From: Patescibacteria group bacterium
GTDB taxonomy: Bacteria; Patescibacteriota; Minisyncoccia; Phycocordibacterales; JACOZG01
DNA length: 64,000 bases
Assembly (NCBI GenBank): GCA_034658935.1
Contig: JAYEGE010000008.1
Location: forward strand, 3,400-67,399
Direction of reading: 5' to 3'
A program made the translations under genes and the position numbers. The first letter of the stretch is position 1, and every line of letters begins with the position of its first letter. The notes below the pieces were generated by a model. The model searched no databases and was not told the origin of the DNA. It was given only the letters and a program-made list of their open reading frames with translations. Positions 53,701 to 63,539 of the stretch are shown one piece after another.

Positions 53701-54399
53701 ATGTTTGACAAAACGCTCCGATGGCCATTGGGGGGTTTTGTTTTGGCTTCAGATTTGCTAAAATATAGGCATATGGTGATTAATCACTATGGCTTAGGGA
53801 TGATTAAAATCCAGCAAGGGGAGCTGGCAGTTGCTTTTAATCCGATTGATGAAGTGCCCAAGGGGCGCAACGATATCAAGGTGGTAAATTTTGGCGCTGA
53901 CATTGCCCTAGTGAGTCTCAACCAGCCTGGCTATAACGGAGCCGCTCGAGTGGCTCGTGGAGACCGCGCCCTTTTCTTAGTTAACAGTCCAGGCGAGTAT
54001 GAAGTTGGCGGCACTTTCATCCGGGGTTTGCCAACGGCCGGCCCAGAGGGTCAGAACAATACCATTTACCTATTAACGATTGACCAGATCCGCCTTGTTC
54101 ATTTGGGGGCCCTGGTTGACCCTAAATTACCAGATGACGTCACTGAGAAATTAGGCAGTGTAGATGTTCTCTTTGTGCCGGTCGGCAATGGTTCTCTTTT
54201 GAATCCCAAGCAGGCGGCTCAAGTTGTTGCCACCCTAGCTCCTGAGTTGGTGGTCCCGGTAGATTACGACGCCAAAACTCTTCCTATTTTCTTGAAAGAG
54301 ATGGGGGCCGAGAAAGAACAGCCAAATGAGAGTTTAACTCTCAAGCGTAAAGACTTGATCGGTGGATCTACCCGAGTAAATATAATTAAATCTTTTTAA
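53701..54399 (+). CDS. MBL-fold metal-dependent hydrolase-like protein
   Basis: VHLGALVDP...VDVLFVPVGNGSLLNPKQAAQVVATLAPELVVPVDYD resembles the UPF0173 / beta-lactamase-fold family. Confidence 0.5.
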   Translation: MFDKTLRWPLGGFVLASDLLKYRHMVINHYGLGMIKIQQGELAVAFNPIDEVPKGRNDIKVVNFGADIALVSLNQPGYNGAARVARGDRALFLVNSPGEYEVGGTFIRGLPTAGPEGQNNTIYLLTIDQIRLVHLGALVDPKLPDDVTEKLGSVDVLFVPVGNGSLLNPKQAAQVVATLAPELVVPVDYDAKTLPIFLKEMGAEKEQPNESLTLKRKDLIGGSTRVNIIKSF

Positions 54400-54408
54400 T
54401 TTAATAAG

Positions 54409-54693
54409 ATGTCCGCCTTAAATTATCTTGATAATCTTCGAGCTCGACCAGAACGTGAACGGCGACATCTTGCCTGGCTCTTCGCCTCATTAATTACGGC
54501 GTTGATCGTGGGAGTTTGGTTGCTCAATCTTTATCTTACCGGGGCTTGGGGGCTCTCGGCCGGGCAATCTGGAAAAGCAGTAAACGGTACTTCTTGGCGG
54601 CAGACCCAGAGTGTTAGATGGCATAATATCCAGGCCGGCATTGTTGAGGGTTGGCGGGTGATTATTAAACGGGAAGCACCGCCAGCTGAATAA
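54409..54693 (+). CDS. hypothetical small membrane protein
   Basis: One TM helix. Confidence 0.35.
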   Translation: MSALNYLDNLRARPERERRHLAWLFASLITALIVGVWLLNLYLTGAWGLSAGQSGKAVNGTSWRQTQSVRWHNIQAGIVEGWRVIIKREAPPAE

Positions 54694-54697
54694 AAAT

Positions 54698-57178
54698 ATG
54701 GCTGAAGAAGAAAAAAAAGGAAAAATCGTTCCGGTGGACATCTCTCAGGAGATGCAAGAGTCCTATATCGATTACGCCATGAGCGTGATTGTTGATCGAG
54801 CCTTGCCCGACGCTCGTGATGGCTTGAAGCCGGTTTTAAGGAGGATCCTCTTCTCGATGCATGAACTCGGTCTGACTTCTAGTGCTAAGTTTCGTAAATC
54901 AGCCTTGGTAGTTGGTGATGTGCTAGGTAAATACCATCCTCACGGTGACCCGGCCTGTTATGGCGCCCTGGTTCGTATGGCCCAGGACTTTAGCATGCTC
55001 CACCCACTCGTCACGGGTCAGGGTAATTTTGGTTCCATCGACGGGGATCCACCGGCGGCTATGCGTTATACCGAGGTTAAGATGGCGCCATTGGCCACTC
55101 AATTATTGCGCGACATTGAGAAGGACACGGTAGATTTTGTCCCCAATTATGATAATACTCGCAAGGAGCCATCTGTTCTGCCTTCAGCCGTCCCCAATCT
55201 TCTTCTAAATGGAACTCTCGGTATTGCCGTGGGTATGGCCACTAAAATCCCGCCACATAATTTGCGGGAGATGATGTCGGCCTTGATTCACCTGATCGAG
55301 CATCAAGATGCCACTACTGAGGACCTAATGAAGTTTGTTAAAGGGCCCGATTTCCCTACTGGCGGTCTAATTTTCGATGAACAAAGCATTGAGCAAGCTT
55401 CTGCTACTGGCCGCGGTGGGGTACTTACTCGAGGTGAGATGGAGATCATTGAGCCGAAGAGCGGCTTCTTCCAGATCGTAATTTCATCGATGCCCTACCA
55501 GGTCAATAAGGCCGCCTTGATTGTTAAGTTGGCCGACTTGGTGCGAGAGAAGAAGATAGAAGGGGTCAAAGATATCCGCGATGAATCTACTACTCTAGAC
55601 GATATTAGGATTGTTATTGAGTTAAAGAGCGGCGCTTTTCCACAAAAGATCGTTAACGCTATTTATAAGGCGACAGAGATGGAGTCGATGTTTCATTACA
55701 ATATGTTGGCTTTGGTGGACGGAGTCCCCAAATTGCTCTCACTCCATACCCTATTAGAGGAATTTCTAGGCCATCGGCGAGAGATTATTACTCGTCGGTC
55801 TAAGTTTGATCTCAGCAAAGCAGAGGAACGTGAGCATATTCTGCTCGGTCTCAAGAAGGCGATCGATATTATAGATAAGGTTATCGCAACAATCAAAAAA
55901 TCAGTTGATGCGCCAGAGGCTCATCGTAATTTGGTTAAGAAATTTAGTTTTTCTGAGAAGCAGGCCACCGCTATTCTTGAGATGCGACTGCAGAAATTAG
56001 CTGGTCTAGAAATCAAGAAGATTTTGGAAGAGCTGAAGGAAAAGCAGGCTCTGATCAAGTATTTGAAAGAGCTCTTGGCTAGCCCCAAGAAGCTGGATGA
56101 AGTAATCAAGACTGAATTTGAAGAGATCCGCGACAAGTATGGCATTGACCGCAAGACTAAAGTTATTAGCCAAGGAGTTAAAGAAATCAAAACCGAAGAC
56201 TTAGTGCCTGAGAAAGAGAATGTATTAGTGGTCACTGCTGGGGGCTATATTAAGCGGACTGACCCAAGTGAGTATCGAGCCCAGCGGCGCGGTGGTAAGG
56301 GGGTAATCGATTTAGACACCAAAGAAGAAGATTTTGTCTCCATTTTCCTGTCTGCCAATACCCATAGCGATCTGCTTTTCTTTACTGATCTGGGCAAGGC
56401 TTACCAAATCAAGATGTACAATATCCCAGAAGGTAAGCGAGCGACGCGCGGTAAGTCAATCATGAACTTCTTGCCGCTGTCAGATACTGAGAAGGTTACT
56501 TCAGTTCTGCCGGTGCCTAAAGGCACCGAACCTGCCCGCCATGCTTCGCTCGGCGATTCGGGCGGGGGCAAGCCAGCCGCACTAATGATGGTGACGACCA
56601 AGGGCCTGGCCAAGAAGGTGGCCATTAGGAGCTTCGCTGATGTCAGGCGGACGGGGATTATTGCCATCAGATTAGGTAGGGGCGATTCCTTATTATCTGC
56701 TCTCCTCATAGAGAAGGGCGATGAGGTGATTGTCGCTTCTCGTGAGGGCCAGGCGATCCGCTTTAAGGCTGGTGATGTTAGGGAGATGGGGCGGACAGCG
56801 GCTGGTGTACGGGCGGTCAAGCTTAAGGGCAATGATGTTATGGTTGGCGCCAGTGTTATTAAAATGGCCGACAAGGGGGGTTCTTTCTTGGTCCTCACTT
56901 CTACTGGTTATGGGAAGAAGTCTAAATTATCTGAATATAAGGTACAGAAGCGCGGTGGCTCGGGTATTAAAACAGCTAAGCTTACTACTAAGACAGGACA
57001 CTTAATAGACGGTAAGGTTATTTACGAGAATGAGGAAGAGTTGATTGCAATCACTAAGCAGGGGCAGATCATCCGGATTAAACTCGATGAGATCCCAATA
57101 CTCGGACGTCAAACTCAGGGCGTCCGCATCATGCGCCCCAAGAGTGGGGATAGTTTAGCTTCCCTCACCTTCCTCTAA
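54698..57178 (+). CDS. gyrA: DNA gyrase subunit A
   Basis: [26 protein letters not shown] and [11 protein letters not shown]. The C-terminal beta-pinwheel repeats are present. Length 826 aa. Confidence 0.9.
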   Translation: MAEEEKKGKIVPVDISQEMQESYIDYAMSVIVDRALPDARDGLKPVLRRILFSMHELGLTSSAKFRKSALVVGDVLGKYHPHGDPACYGALVRMAQDFSMLHPLVTGQGNFGSIDGDPPAAMRYTEVKMAPLATQLLRDIEKDTVDFVPNYDNTRKEPSVLPSAVPNLLLNGTLGIAVGMATKIPPHNLREMMSALIHLIEHQDATTEDLMKFVKGPDFPTGGLIFDEQSIEQASATGRGGVLTRGEMEIIEPKSGFFQIVISSMPYQVNKAALIVKLADLVREKKIEGVKDIRDESTTLDDIRIVIELKSGAFPQKIVNAIYKATEMESMFHYNMLALVDGVPKLLSLHTLLEEFLGHRREIITRRSKFDLSKAEEREHILLGLKKAIDIIDKVIATIKKSVDAPEAHRNLVKKFSFSEKQATAILEMRLQKLAGLEIKKILEELKEKQALIKYLKELLASPKKLDEVIKTEFEEIRDKYGIDRKTKVISQGVKEIKTEDLVPEKENVLVVTAGGYIKRTDPSEYRAQRRGGKGVIDLDTKEEDFVSIFLSANTHSDLLFFTDLGKAYQIKMYNIPEGKRATRGKSIMNFLPLSDTEKVTSVLPVPKGTEPARHASLGDSGGGKPAALMMVTTKGLAKKVAIRSFADVRRTGIIAIRLGRGDSLLSALLIEKGDEVIVASREGQAIRFKAGDVREMGRTAAGVRAVKLKGNDVMVGASVIKMADKGGSFLVLTSTGYGKKSKLSEYKVQKRGGSGIKTAKLTTKTGHLIDGKVIYENEEELIAITKQGQIIRIKLDEIPILGRQTQGVRIMRPKSGDSLASLTFL

Positions 57179-57228
57179 ATAAGGGGAGATGGGCATGCGC
57201 TCTCATACCTGGCGTTATTTCGCACACC

Positions 57229-58022
57229 CACTGTCAAGGTCCGACCTTGACAGTGAAGTTATCCCCCTAAAACAGGGGGTATATCTTTGGCAAGGTCCGA
57301 CCTTGGGGTAGAATTGACCAATGACTAGGAGGTTTAAGTTTGCTCCTGGAGAGTATTACCATATTTATAATCGAGGCAATGATCGCCGCAGTATTTTCCT
57401 ATCTGGCAAAGACCGTGATCGCTTTCTCGCTCTGCTTTACGTTTGCAATAGTGGCGAGGTTCTCCATCTGAGTGATTACCCCCAAACCTCCCTGCTGAAA
57501 TTGCTGAGTCTGCCTAGGTCTTCAGTATTGGCAGATATCGGTGCCTATTGTTTGATGCCAAACCATTTCCACTTATTGGTACGGGAGAACGAGGAGGGTG
57601 GCATTAGCCGCTTGATGCAGAAATTACTGACTGCTTACACCATGTATTTTAATCGTAAGCATCAACACACCGGCTCTTTGTTTGAGGGTCGCTTTCGAGC
57701 CAGACACGTTAGCGACGATCGACATTTGCAGTATCTCTTCGCCTATATTCATCTCAATCCTGTTAAGGTTAGAGACCCTGACAATTGGGAGAAAAAAACT
57801 ATTCTCGATACGGATGAAGCGGTACGTTTTTTGAATACCTACCCGTACTCTAGTTTTCTCGATTATCTCGGTCGGAATAGGGGAGAGGGGGCAATCATAA
57901 ACCCGTCGGCTTTCCCAGAGTATTTTTCGGTGCCGTCTGATTTCTCCGATTTTGTACAGGATTGGATGAGTTTTGACGAAGAGGAGGATCTCACCACTGT
58001 CAAGGTCGGACCTTGACAGTGA
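57229..58022 (+). mobile_element. IS200/IS605-like mini-element 3 (palindrome cactgtcaaggtc-c/g-gaccttgacagtg at both ends)
   Basis: Hairpins at 57229-57255 and 57996-58022 lie within 40-bp direct repeats. An extra partial hairpin is at 57291-57305. Total length 794 bp. Confidence 0.65.
57321..58016 (+). CDS. Y1 HUH transposase (IS200-like / RAYT-like)
   Basis: CLMPNHFHLLV (HUH motif) and YLFAYIHLNPVK (Tyr motif). Length 231 aa. About 60% similar to the 20862 copy. Confidence 0.7.
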   Translation: MTRRFKFAPGEYYHIYNRGNDRRSIFLSGKDRDRFLALLYVCNSGEVLHLSDYPQTSLLKLLSLPRSSVLADIGAYCLMPNHFHLLVRENEEGGISRLMQKLLTAYTMYFNRKHQHTGSLFEGRFRARHVSDDRHLQYLFAYIHLNPVKVRDPDNWEKKTILDTDEAVRFLNTYPYSSFLDYLGRNRGEGAIINPSAFPEYFSVPSDFSDFVQDWMSFDEEEDLTTVKVGP

Positions 58023-58074
58023 ATAATCCCCAGAGGGCGGCTTTGTTTTAAGATAAAAGAGGTATAATTGAATT

Positions 58075-58605
58075 ATGTTTTCCGATCCTGCCCAGAATGT
58101 GGCGGCTTTTGGTTTGACCGAAGGAATGCGTGTAGTCGAGTTCGGTGCTGGTTCTGGTGCCTATACGTTAGCTATGGCCGAGCGAGTTGGTAGTACTGGC
58201 AAGGTCTACGCTATTGATGTGCAAAGCGAGTTGCTCTCCCGTCTCGATAATTTAGTCAAGGAAAAGAGGAGGAGTAATATCGAAATTGTTCGGGCTAATA
58301 TTGAGCGCCAGGGAGGTTCGGGCTTAGCAGATAATCTTGCTGACGTTGTTTTGTTGACCAATGTCCTCTTCCAATCTGATGCCAAATACAGCATGGTCTT
58401 GGAGGCCAAGCGAGTACTTAGGCCAGGTGGTCAGGCAATTATTATTGACTGGCAAGGCTCTTTCTCTCAGCTCGGGCCAACGCCAGAGCAGGTTATTAAA
58501 CCGGAAGAGGCCAAGCAGATTTTTGACCAGGCTGGCCTAAAGTTTGATCGCGATTTTTCTGCCGGCGATCATCATTATGGCATGATCTTCAATAAACAAT
58601 CATGA
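58075..58605 (+). CDS. class I SAM-dependent methyltransferase
   Basis: VVEFGAGSGAYTLAMAE (motif I) and VLLTNVLFQ. Confidence 0.7.
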   Translation: MFSDPAQNVAAFGLTEGMRVVEFGAGSGAYTLAMAERVGSTGKVYAIDVQSELLSRLDNLVKEKRRSNIEIVRANIERQGGSGLADNLADVVLLTNVLFQSDAKYSMVLEAKRVLRPGGQAIIIDWQGSFSQLGPTPEQVIKPEEAKQIFDQAGLKFDRDFSAGDHHYGMIFNKQS

Positions 58606-59918
58606 ATACCTTCCAATTAGTCATTCTCGGCATCTTCATTTTTCTGGCCATCTTTGCGGTCCTCGTTTTCTCGGGCATTATTCCTTTGGGGGTTGGTTTT
58701 GGTGGCTCGGATCCAGTGGAACTGGTTTGGTGGGGGACGGTACCGTCTCGGGCCCAAGGCCTCGATCTCTCGATCAGAACTTTCAATGCGGAGCACAAGG
58801 ATCAAATTTCGGTTAGATATGTCCAGAAGGATAGTCGGACCTTAGAACAGGAGTTAATTGGGGCCTTGGCGTCTGGTCGGGGGCCCGATCTTATCCTGGC
58901 GCCCCATGAATTAATCATTAGACATGCTGACAAGTTACGTCTCTTCTCCTATGAGTCTATCAGCCAGCGGAAATTTATAGATACTTTTGCTCAAGAGGCT
59001 AGGTTGTGGCTCTACCCAGAGGGGATTCTGGCCCTACCGATGTATATAGATCCATTGGTGCTCTATTATAATCGAGACCTATTTACCACAGCGCGTTTGC
59101 CGTCTCCTCCGCGCACTTGGGAAGAGCTCAGGGATCAGGCCCAGGCTCTGACCCAGACTGACGAGCGTGACAATATATCTCAAAGCGCCATTGCTTTGGG
59201 TGGCTTTAATAATATTGCCTTGGCTAAAGATATTTTGGTCGCTTTGATTATGCAGGCAGGTAACCCCTTGGTCATGCAAGGGGATTCGGAATTCGAGGTG
59301 ACCCTGCGTAATACTCTGGGCTATGCAGAGGCGCCGGCCGGAGGGGCGCTCGCCTTCTTCAATAAGTTTAGCGACTCAGCCAACTCTCTGTATTCTTGGA
59401 ACAGTGCCTTGCCTGAGGCGCGGTCGATGTTTACTCGGAGTGGTCTGGCGATGTATTTGGGTTATGCCAGTGAGCTCAATCTTATTCGCCGGCAGAATCC
59501 CCAACTTAATTTTGATGTCACCACGGTGCCTCAGTCGGCGAGGGCCAATACTGCAGATATTACCTTGGGGCGGCTTTACGGCTTGGCGGCACTGAAATCC
59601 TCCCCGCATGCCACCCACGCCGCCCAGGCCATCTTGTTCTTAGAAGCTCCGGACTTTCTCCAATCATGGTCGGAGGTTGTGGAATTGCCGCCAGCGCGGC
59701 TGGATCTCTTGCGTAATAAACCACAAGACCCGGCCCAAAGTGTGTTCTACGACTCAGCCATTATCGCCCGTGGCTGGTATGATTTTGATCCCCAGGCCAG
59801 TGGCGAAATCATACGAGAGCTGGCTGAGAGCGTTAGGCAGGGGAGGGCTCAGACGGGCGAGGCGCTAAGTCTGGCCCACCAACAATTAACCAATTTGATC
59901 CCAAATTTTGGCCAATAA
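58602..59918 (+). CDS. extracellular solute-binding protein (ABC transporter, family 1-like) with an N-terminal TM anchor
   Basis: N-terminal TM helix, then the VELVWWGTV...WEEL pattern typical of sugar SBPs. Confidence 0.55.
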   Translation: MNTFQLVILGIFIFLAIFAVLVFSGIIPLGVGFGGSDPVELVWWGTVPSRAQGLDLSIRTFNAEHKDQISVRYVQKDSRTLEQELIGALASGRGPDLILAPHELIIRHADKLRLFSYESISQRKFIDTFAQEARLWLYPEGILALPMYIDPLVLYYNRDLFTTARLPSPPRTWEELRDQAQALTQTDERDNISQSAIALGGFNNIALAKDILVALIMQAGNPLVMQGDSEFEVTLRNTLGYAEAPAGGALAFFNKFSDSANSLYSWNSALPEARSMFTRSGLAMYLGYASELNLIRRQNPQLNFDVTTVPQSARANTADITLGRLYGLAALKSSPHATHAAQAILFLEAPDFLQSWSEVVELPPARLDLLRNKPQDPAQSVFYDSAIIARGWYDFDPQASGEIIRELAESVRQGRAQTGEALSLAHQQLTNLIPNFGQ

Positions 59919-59920
59919 AT

Positions 59921-60355
59921 ATGTTATTTTTTTCTCGACTCAGTAATAAGTCCTGGCTTGCGATATCCTGCTTCCTGCTTGTCCTCGTGGTTTTATTATT
60001 GACCCCGGCTCTGACCTTTGCTCAGGATGGGATTGTTCCCTGTAAGGACGGGTGCGGCTTCGCAGATCTCATACAGCTTATAAAAAATCTCTTAGGTTGG
60101 TTTGTGATGATTGCTGTGCCGGTGGCTACCATGATGATTGTCTATGCTGGCGCCCTGCTTGTCACTGCCCCGACAGATACCGGTAAGCGCGTTAAGGCTA
60201 AAAGTGTTTTCAAGGTGGCAGTCATCGGCTTGGTTGCTGTCTTGGCCGCCTGGCTGATCGTTGATACAATATTAAATGAGTTAACTGGCACGGGGATTGA
60301 TCAGAGAACAGAAAATATATCATCCTCTGCGCCACCACTCCTTAGACAGTCATGA
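59921..60355 (+). CDS. VirB2/TrbC-like small pilin-family membrane protein (paralog 1)
   Basis: Signal peptide ending ALTFA, followed by two hydrophobic helices (LGWFVMIAVPVATMMIVYAGALLV and FKVAVIGLVAVLAAWLIV). Confidence 0.55.
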   Translation: MLFFSRLSNKSWLAISCFLLVLVVLLLTPALTFAQDGIVPCKDGCGFADLIQLIKNLLGWFVMIAVPVATMMIVYAGALLVTAPTDTGKRVKAKSVFKVAVIGLVAVLAAWLIVDTILNELTGTGIDQRTENISSSAPPLLRQS

Positions 60356-60798
60356 TCAAAAGAAAAGCATTTTTACACCACCTAAGTGTGTTACTGGCCA
60401 CGTTTATGGTGTTTGGCCTGTTTTCTACTGCTGGCGTTGCCTTAGCGGGTCCCCTTGGGGGCGGCGAGACGAGTGAGTCATCCGGTGGTTTAACCAATCC
60501 ACTTGAGCCTGCCGGCATAGATAGTATTCCCCTTCTTATAGATAAAATCTTAGAGATAGTTGTTAAGGTGGGATTACCGATTGTGGCGATAGCGATAATC
60601 TACACTGGTTTCCTTTTTGTCTCGGCCCGAGGCGATCCCAGCAAATTAACTACAGCCAAGGACGCCTTTAAATACACCATCATCGGCGCTGCTATTGTCT
60701 TGGGGGCCGCCGTCATTTCTGCGGCTATCAATGCGACAGTGGACGAGATAAGGTCTGATGCTACCGTGCTTATTAATATTTTCTCAAATATTGTATGA
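60352..60798 (+). CDS. VirB2/TrbC-like small pilin-family membrane protein (paralog 2)
   Basis: Signal peptide ending GVALAG and two TM helices (FKYTIIGAAIVLGAAVISAAI). Its start overlaps the stop of the previous gene. Confidence 0.55.
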   Translation: MIKRKAFLHHLSVLLATFMVFGLFSTAGVALAGPLGGGETSESSGGLTNPLEPAGIDSIPLLIDKILEIVVKVGLPIVAIAIIYTGFLFVSARGDPSKLTTAKDAFKYTIIGAAIVLGAAVISAAINATVDEIRSDATVLINIFSNIV

Positions 60799-61145
60799 AG
60801 AGATTATATCCCAGCCTATTGATTGCTCTTATCGCTTTGCCTGCGGTGGCCTTGGCGACTGATCGCACTATTGCCCAAATAATCAAAGAGACCCTCATCC
60901 GTGATTTGGCTCCCCCCGTTGTTGTCCTTATTCTTACATTGGCGCTAGTTTATTTCTTCGCTGGAGTTGCTAAGTATATTGGCAAGGCTGGCGAGAGCAA
61001 AGATCGGGAAGAGGGTAAGAAGATGATGGTCTACGGCATTATTGGTCTGGCGGTAATGATCGCAGTCTGGGGACTTGTTGCTCTGCTGGTGAATACCTTT
61101 TTCCCTGGGGGGCCTCCTGACGCTATCCCCACCCTTACGTTGTAA
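60795..61145 (+). CDS. VirB2/TrbC-like small pilin-family membrane protein (paralog 3)
   Basis: Signal peptide ending VALA and two TM helices (MMVYGIIGLAVMIAVWGLVALLV). Confidence 0.55.
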   Translation: MKRLYPSLLIALIALPAVALATDRTIAQIIKETLIRDLAPPVVVLILTLALVYFFAGVAKYIGKAGESKDREEGKKMMVYGIIGLAVMIAVWGLVALLVNTFFPGGPPDAIPTLTL

Positions 61146-61239
61146 TTCATAGCCCAGATTAGAGGGTGTGGTACAATTTGAATAGTTAGTATAATTATAA
61201 AAGGTCGTTTTTAGGTATTATTATTGTTATTAAAAAAAT

Positions 61240-61587
61240 ATGAGTAAAGTTGGAAAATGGTTCATGGGGATAGGAGTTTTCGCCCTTCCTATGTTGGCAG
61301 CTGCCGAAAATTTGGAAGATACCGTGGGCACTGTTGATTCATTGCTGCGATCTGTCATCCCTATAATTATGGTTTTGGCCATCCTCTACTTCTTCTGGGG
61401 ATTGGTCAAGTACATCCAGGCCGCCGGGGATGCTGGTAAGGCCTCAGAAGGGAAGAGCATCATGATCTATGGTATTATTGCCCTTTTCGTGATGTCAGCC
61501 ATTTGGGGTTTGGTAGGATTACTGTCTGAGACTTTTGTCTCTGATGGTGGCGATGCTCCTGATTCGGCAGATCTACTTCCCACATAA
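61240..61587 (+). CDS. VirB2/TrbC-like small pilin-family membrane protein (paralog 4)
   Basis: Signal peptide ending LAAA and two TM helices (IMIYGIIALFVMSAIWGLVGLL). Confidence 0.55.
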   Translation: MSKVGKWFMGIGVFALPMLAAAENLEDTVGTVDSLLRSVIPIIMVLAILYFFWGLVKYIQAAGDAGKASEGKSIMIYGIIALFVMSAIWGLVGLLSETFVSDGGDAPDSADLLPT

Positions 61588-61624
61588 TCTTTCTAATGAT
61601 TAGTGGCGACAGCTAAAACTTATC

Positions 61625-61864
61625 TTGGACTCACTCTTAACCAAAATAAATACCGAACTTCTGAACCCGTTTATTGCCCTGCTTTTTGCTCTTGCTTTAG
61701 TCTTTTTCCTCTATGGTGTGTATGAGTATGTCAAAGGGGCTGATAGTGGAACAATTAGGGAAACGGGGAAGATGCATATGATTTGGGGGGTTGTTGGTAT
61801 GGCCATCATGGTTTCAGCTTTTGGGATCATGGGAGTGATCTGCAAGACGATTGGTAGTTGTTGA
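61625..61864 (+). CDS. VirB2/TrbC-like small pilin-family membrane protein (paralog 5, short)
   Basis: Two TM helices (MIWGVVGMAIMVSAFGIMGVI). Confidence 0.5.
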   Translation: MDSLLTKINTELLNPFIALLFALALVFFLYGVYEYVKGADSGTIRETGKMHMIWGVVGMAIMVSAFGIMGVICKTIGSC

Positions 61865-61875
61865 TCGACAATAAC

Positions 61876-61971
61876 ATGACTGTGAGTAAAATCGGAAAAT
61901 GGTTTCTGGGTATGGGGCTTCTCGCTCCGCCTATGTTGGCGCTCGCCGCTGACGATGATTTATATGGATAA
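61876..61971 (+). pseudogene. 5' fragment (31 codons, signal peptide only) of a pilin paralog
   Basis: MTVSKIGKWFLGMGLLAPPMLALAADDDLYG* closely parallels the N-terminus of the 61240 gene (MSKVGKWFMGIGVFALPMLAAAEN). Confidence 0.4.
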
Positions 61972-61973
61972 AA

Positions 61974-62009
61974 CGTCCCGGTCCGCCATGGCGGACCGGG
62001 GCGTTTTTG
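61974..62009 (+). terminator. rho-independent terminator (cccggtccgcc-at-ggcggaccggg followed by a T-run)
   Basis: 11-bp perfect hairpin followed by GCGTTTTTG. Confidence 0.7.
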
Positions 62010-62082
62010 TTTGAGAACAAAAAAAGCGAGGGCGGCATTTCCTTTCGGAAACGTAGCTCTCGCTTGTGTACAGGGGAGTGGC

Positions 62083-63048
62083 CTATTGGCGCAATATCTG
62101 TATCGCCCCATTCGATACTTGATTACCTGCTACTGACTCGTCGGTTCTCCAATGCCCGACGTAGTCCTGCCCCCCGGCCCTCCTTTCGAGGACCATGTTA
62201 CCCCAGCCGCCTGGTTCTCTCCAGTCACCAGACATACTGGAGGCTGGGCCGGATATCTCGACGTAGCCTCTGCCCTTGGGGGTTAGATATTGGAAGGACA
62301 GATTTCTTCGGCCCCCCTCCATATGCTCGATCTTGTGCCGAGTCATCATCTCTCCGTCTTCGTCGTAGACAACCATGACCCACTTTGGCTCGGCCAGCCG
62401 AGCCCTCTCGATCGCTTCGACTCTGGCGTCTGCTACTTTCGCCGCCTCCCATCGTGTTTGTACTGGTTGGGAGGAGAGGAGTAGGGCCAAGAGGATAGTT
62501 ATGCTATTGAGCCATATGCCCGCACGACGAAAGTGGAGGGAAAAGGCTGCCCAGCCCACCAATAAGACGAAGAAGGAAAACCAACCTTCGTCCCACCAAG
62601 TCTGCCACGTCTCCCACCTAACTTTGCGTTCTGGGTGGAAGTAGATGGTGCCCAGGGCTACTGCCCAGAAGACAGCGGCGAGCCAATAAGTCCTGACGAT
62701 GCCCTGTCGGGTTTCAGCCGCTTCCGCCGCATCTTCTGCAGCTGCTGGGGTCCCCGCGGTCCTTGCTTCGCGGGCTCTTTTTCTGGTGCCTCCGATCGAA
62801 ACTACGACGCTGATGATAAGAGCAAGGGCCAGCACGGGGCCTACAAAACTCATGATGATTCCCCACGAGATCTCTGTGCCCGTGCTTGCTACACCCACAG
62901 TCGTTGCCGCGCTCGCACTTGTTCCTGTTGTGCCGCCTGTGTTTACCTCCTCGCTACCTCCTTGCGCGGCGTTCAAGATCAAGAGAATGCCGATGACGAT
63001 TGCCACAACAATGATGGCAATCACTTTGATCCACTTATTTCTCGTCAT
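62083..63048 (-). CDS. GC-rich hypothetical membrane protein
   Basis: N-terminal TM helix, a Thr/Gly/Ser/Ala-rich linker and further TM helices. No recognised domain. Confidence 0.45.
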   Translation of the reverse strand: MTRNKWIKVIAIIVVAIVIGILLILNAAQGGSEEVNTGGTTGTSASAATTVGVASTGTEISWGIIMSFVGPVLALALIISVVVSIGGTRKRAREARTAGTPAAAEDAAEAAETRQGIVRTYWLAAVFWAVALGTIYFHPERKVRWETWQTWWDEGWFSFFVLLVGWAAFSLHFRRAGIWLNSITILLALLLSSQPVQTRWEAAKVADARVEAIERARLAEPKWVMVVYDEDGEMMTRHKIEHMEGGRRNLSFQYLTPKGRGYVEISGPASSMSGDWREPGGWGNMVLERRAGGQDYVGHWRTDESVAGNQVSNGAIQILRQ

Positions 63049-63301
63049 TTCTCAGTCTCCCTTTCAGTTTTTTGTTTTCCTTGATCTTTGCCAAGAGAAG
63101 CCCGGGAAGTTCTGTAAAAGCAACTGGTATAATCACTAGCCCTTGAGCCAGCAACACCATGCTCTGTAGGAGTCTCCATAGGCCCCGTTTTTTCTGTAGT
63201 CGACCGTTAGCTGCACGACAGAGACTGTCGATCAGAGGATAGCTGAGGTCAAGCCCCAGCGATACCATCAACACGATGAGAAACCGTATCCAGAATTCCA
63301 T
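63035..63301 (-). CDS. small hypothetical membrane protein
   Basis: Two TM helices. Overlaps the upstream gene by 14 nt. Confidence 0.35.
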   Translation of the reverse strand: MEFWIRFLIVLMVSLGLDLSYPLIDSLCRAANGRLQKKRGLWRLLQSMVLLAQGLVIIPVAFTELPGLLLAKIKENKKLKGRLRNDEK

Positions 63302-63539
63302 GAGAGTACCTCCCGTATCTTCTACTCAGTAGAGCCCTAGGGCTCGAAATTCAGGTCTTTTGTCAAGGAACCACTCCTCGATGCTACCCCCAGTGTAGCA
63401 TATATATGTCGTATTTGTCAAGTATAGGGTTGACAAGATCATCTAATTATGATAGACTAGGGGCAGTTACCAATCCAGTATCTTATGCCTATGTTGGTGT
63501 AGATATGGGGTGATCGGACCTTAACATAAGGGGTTATGC

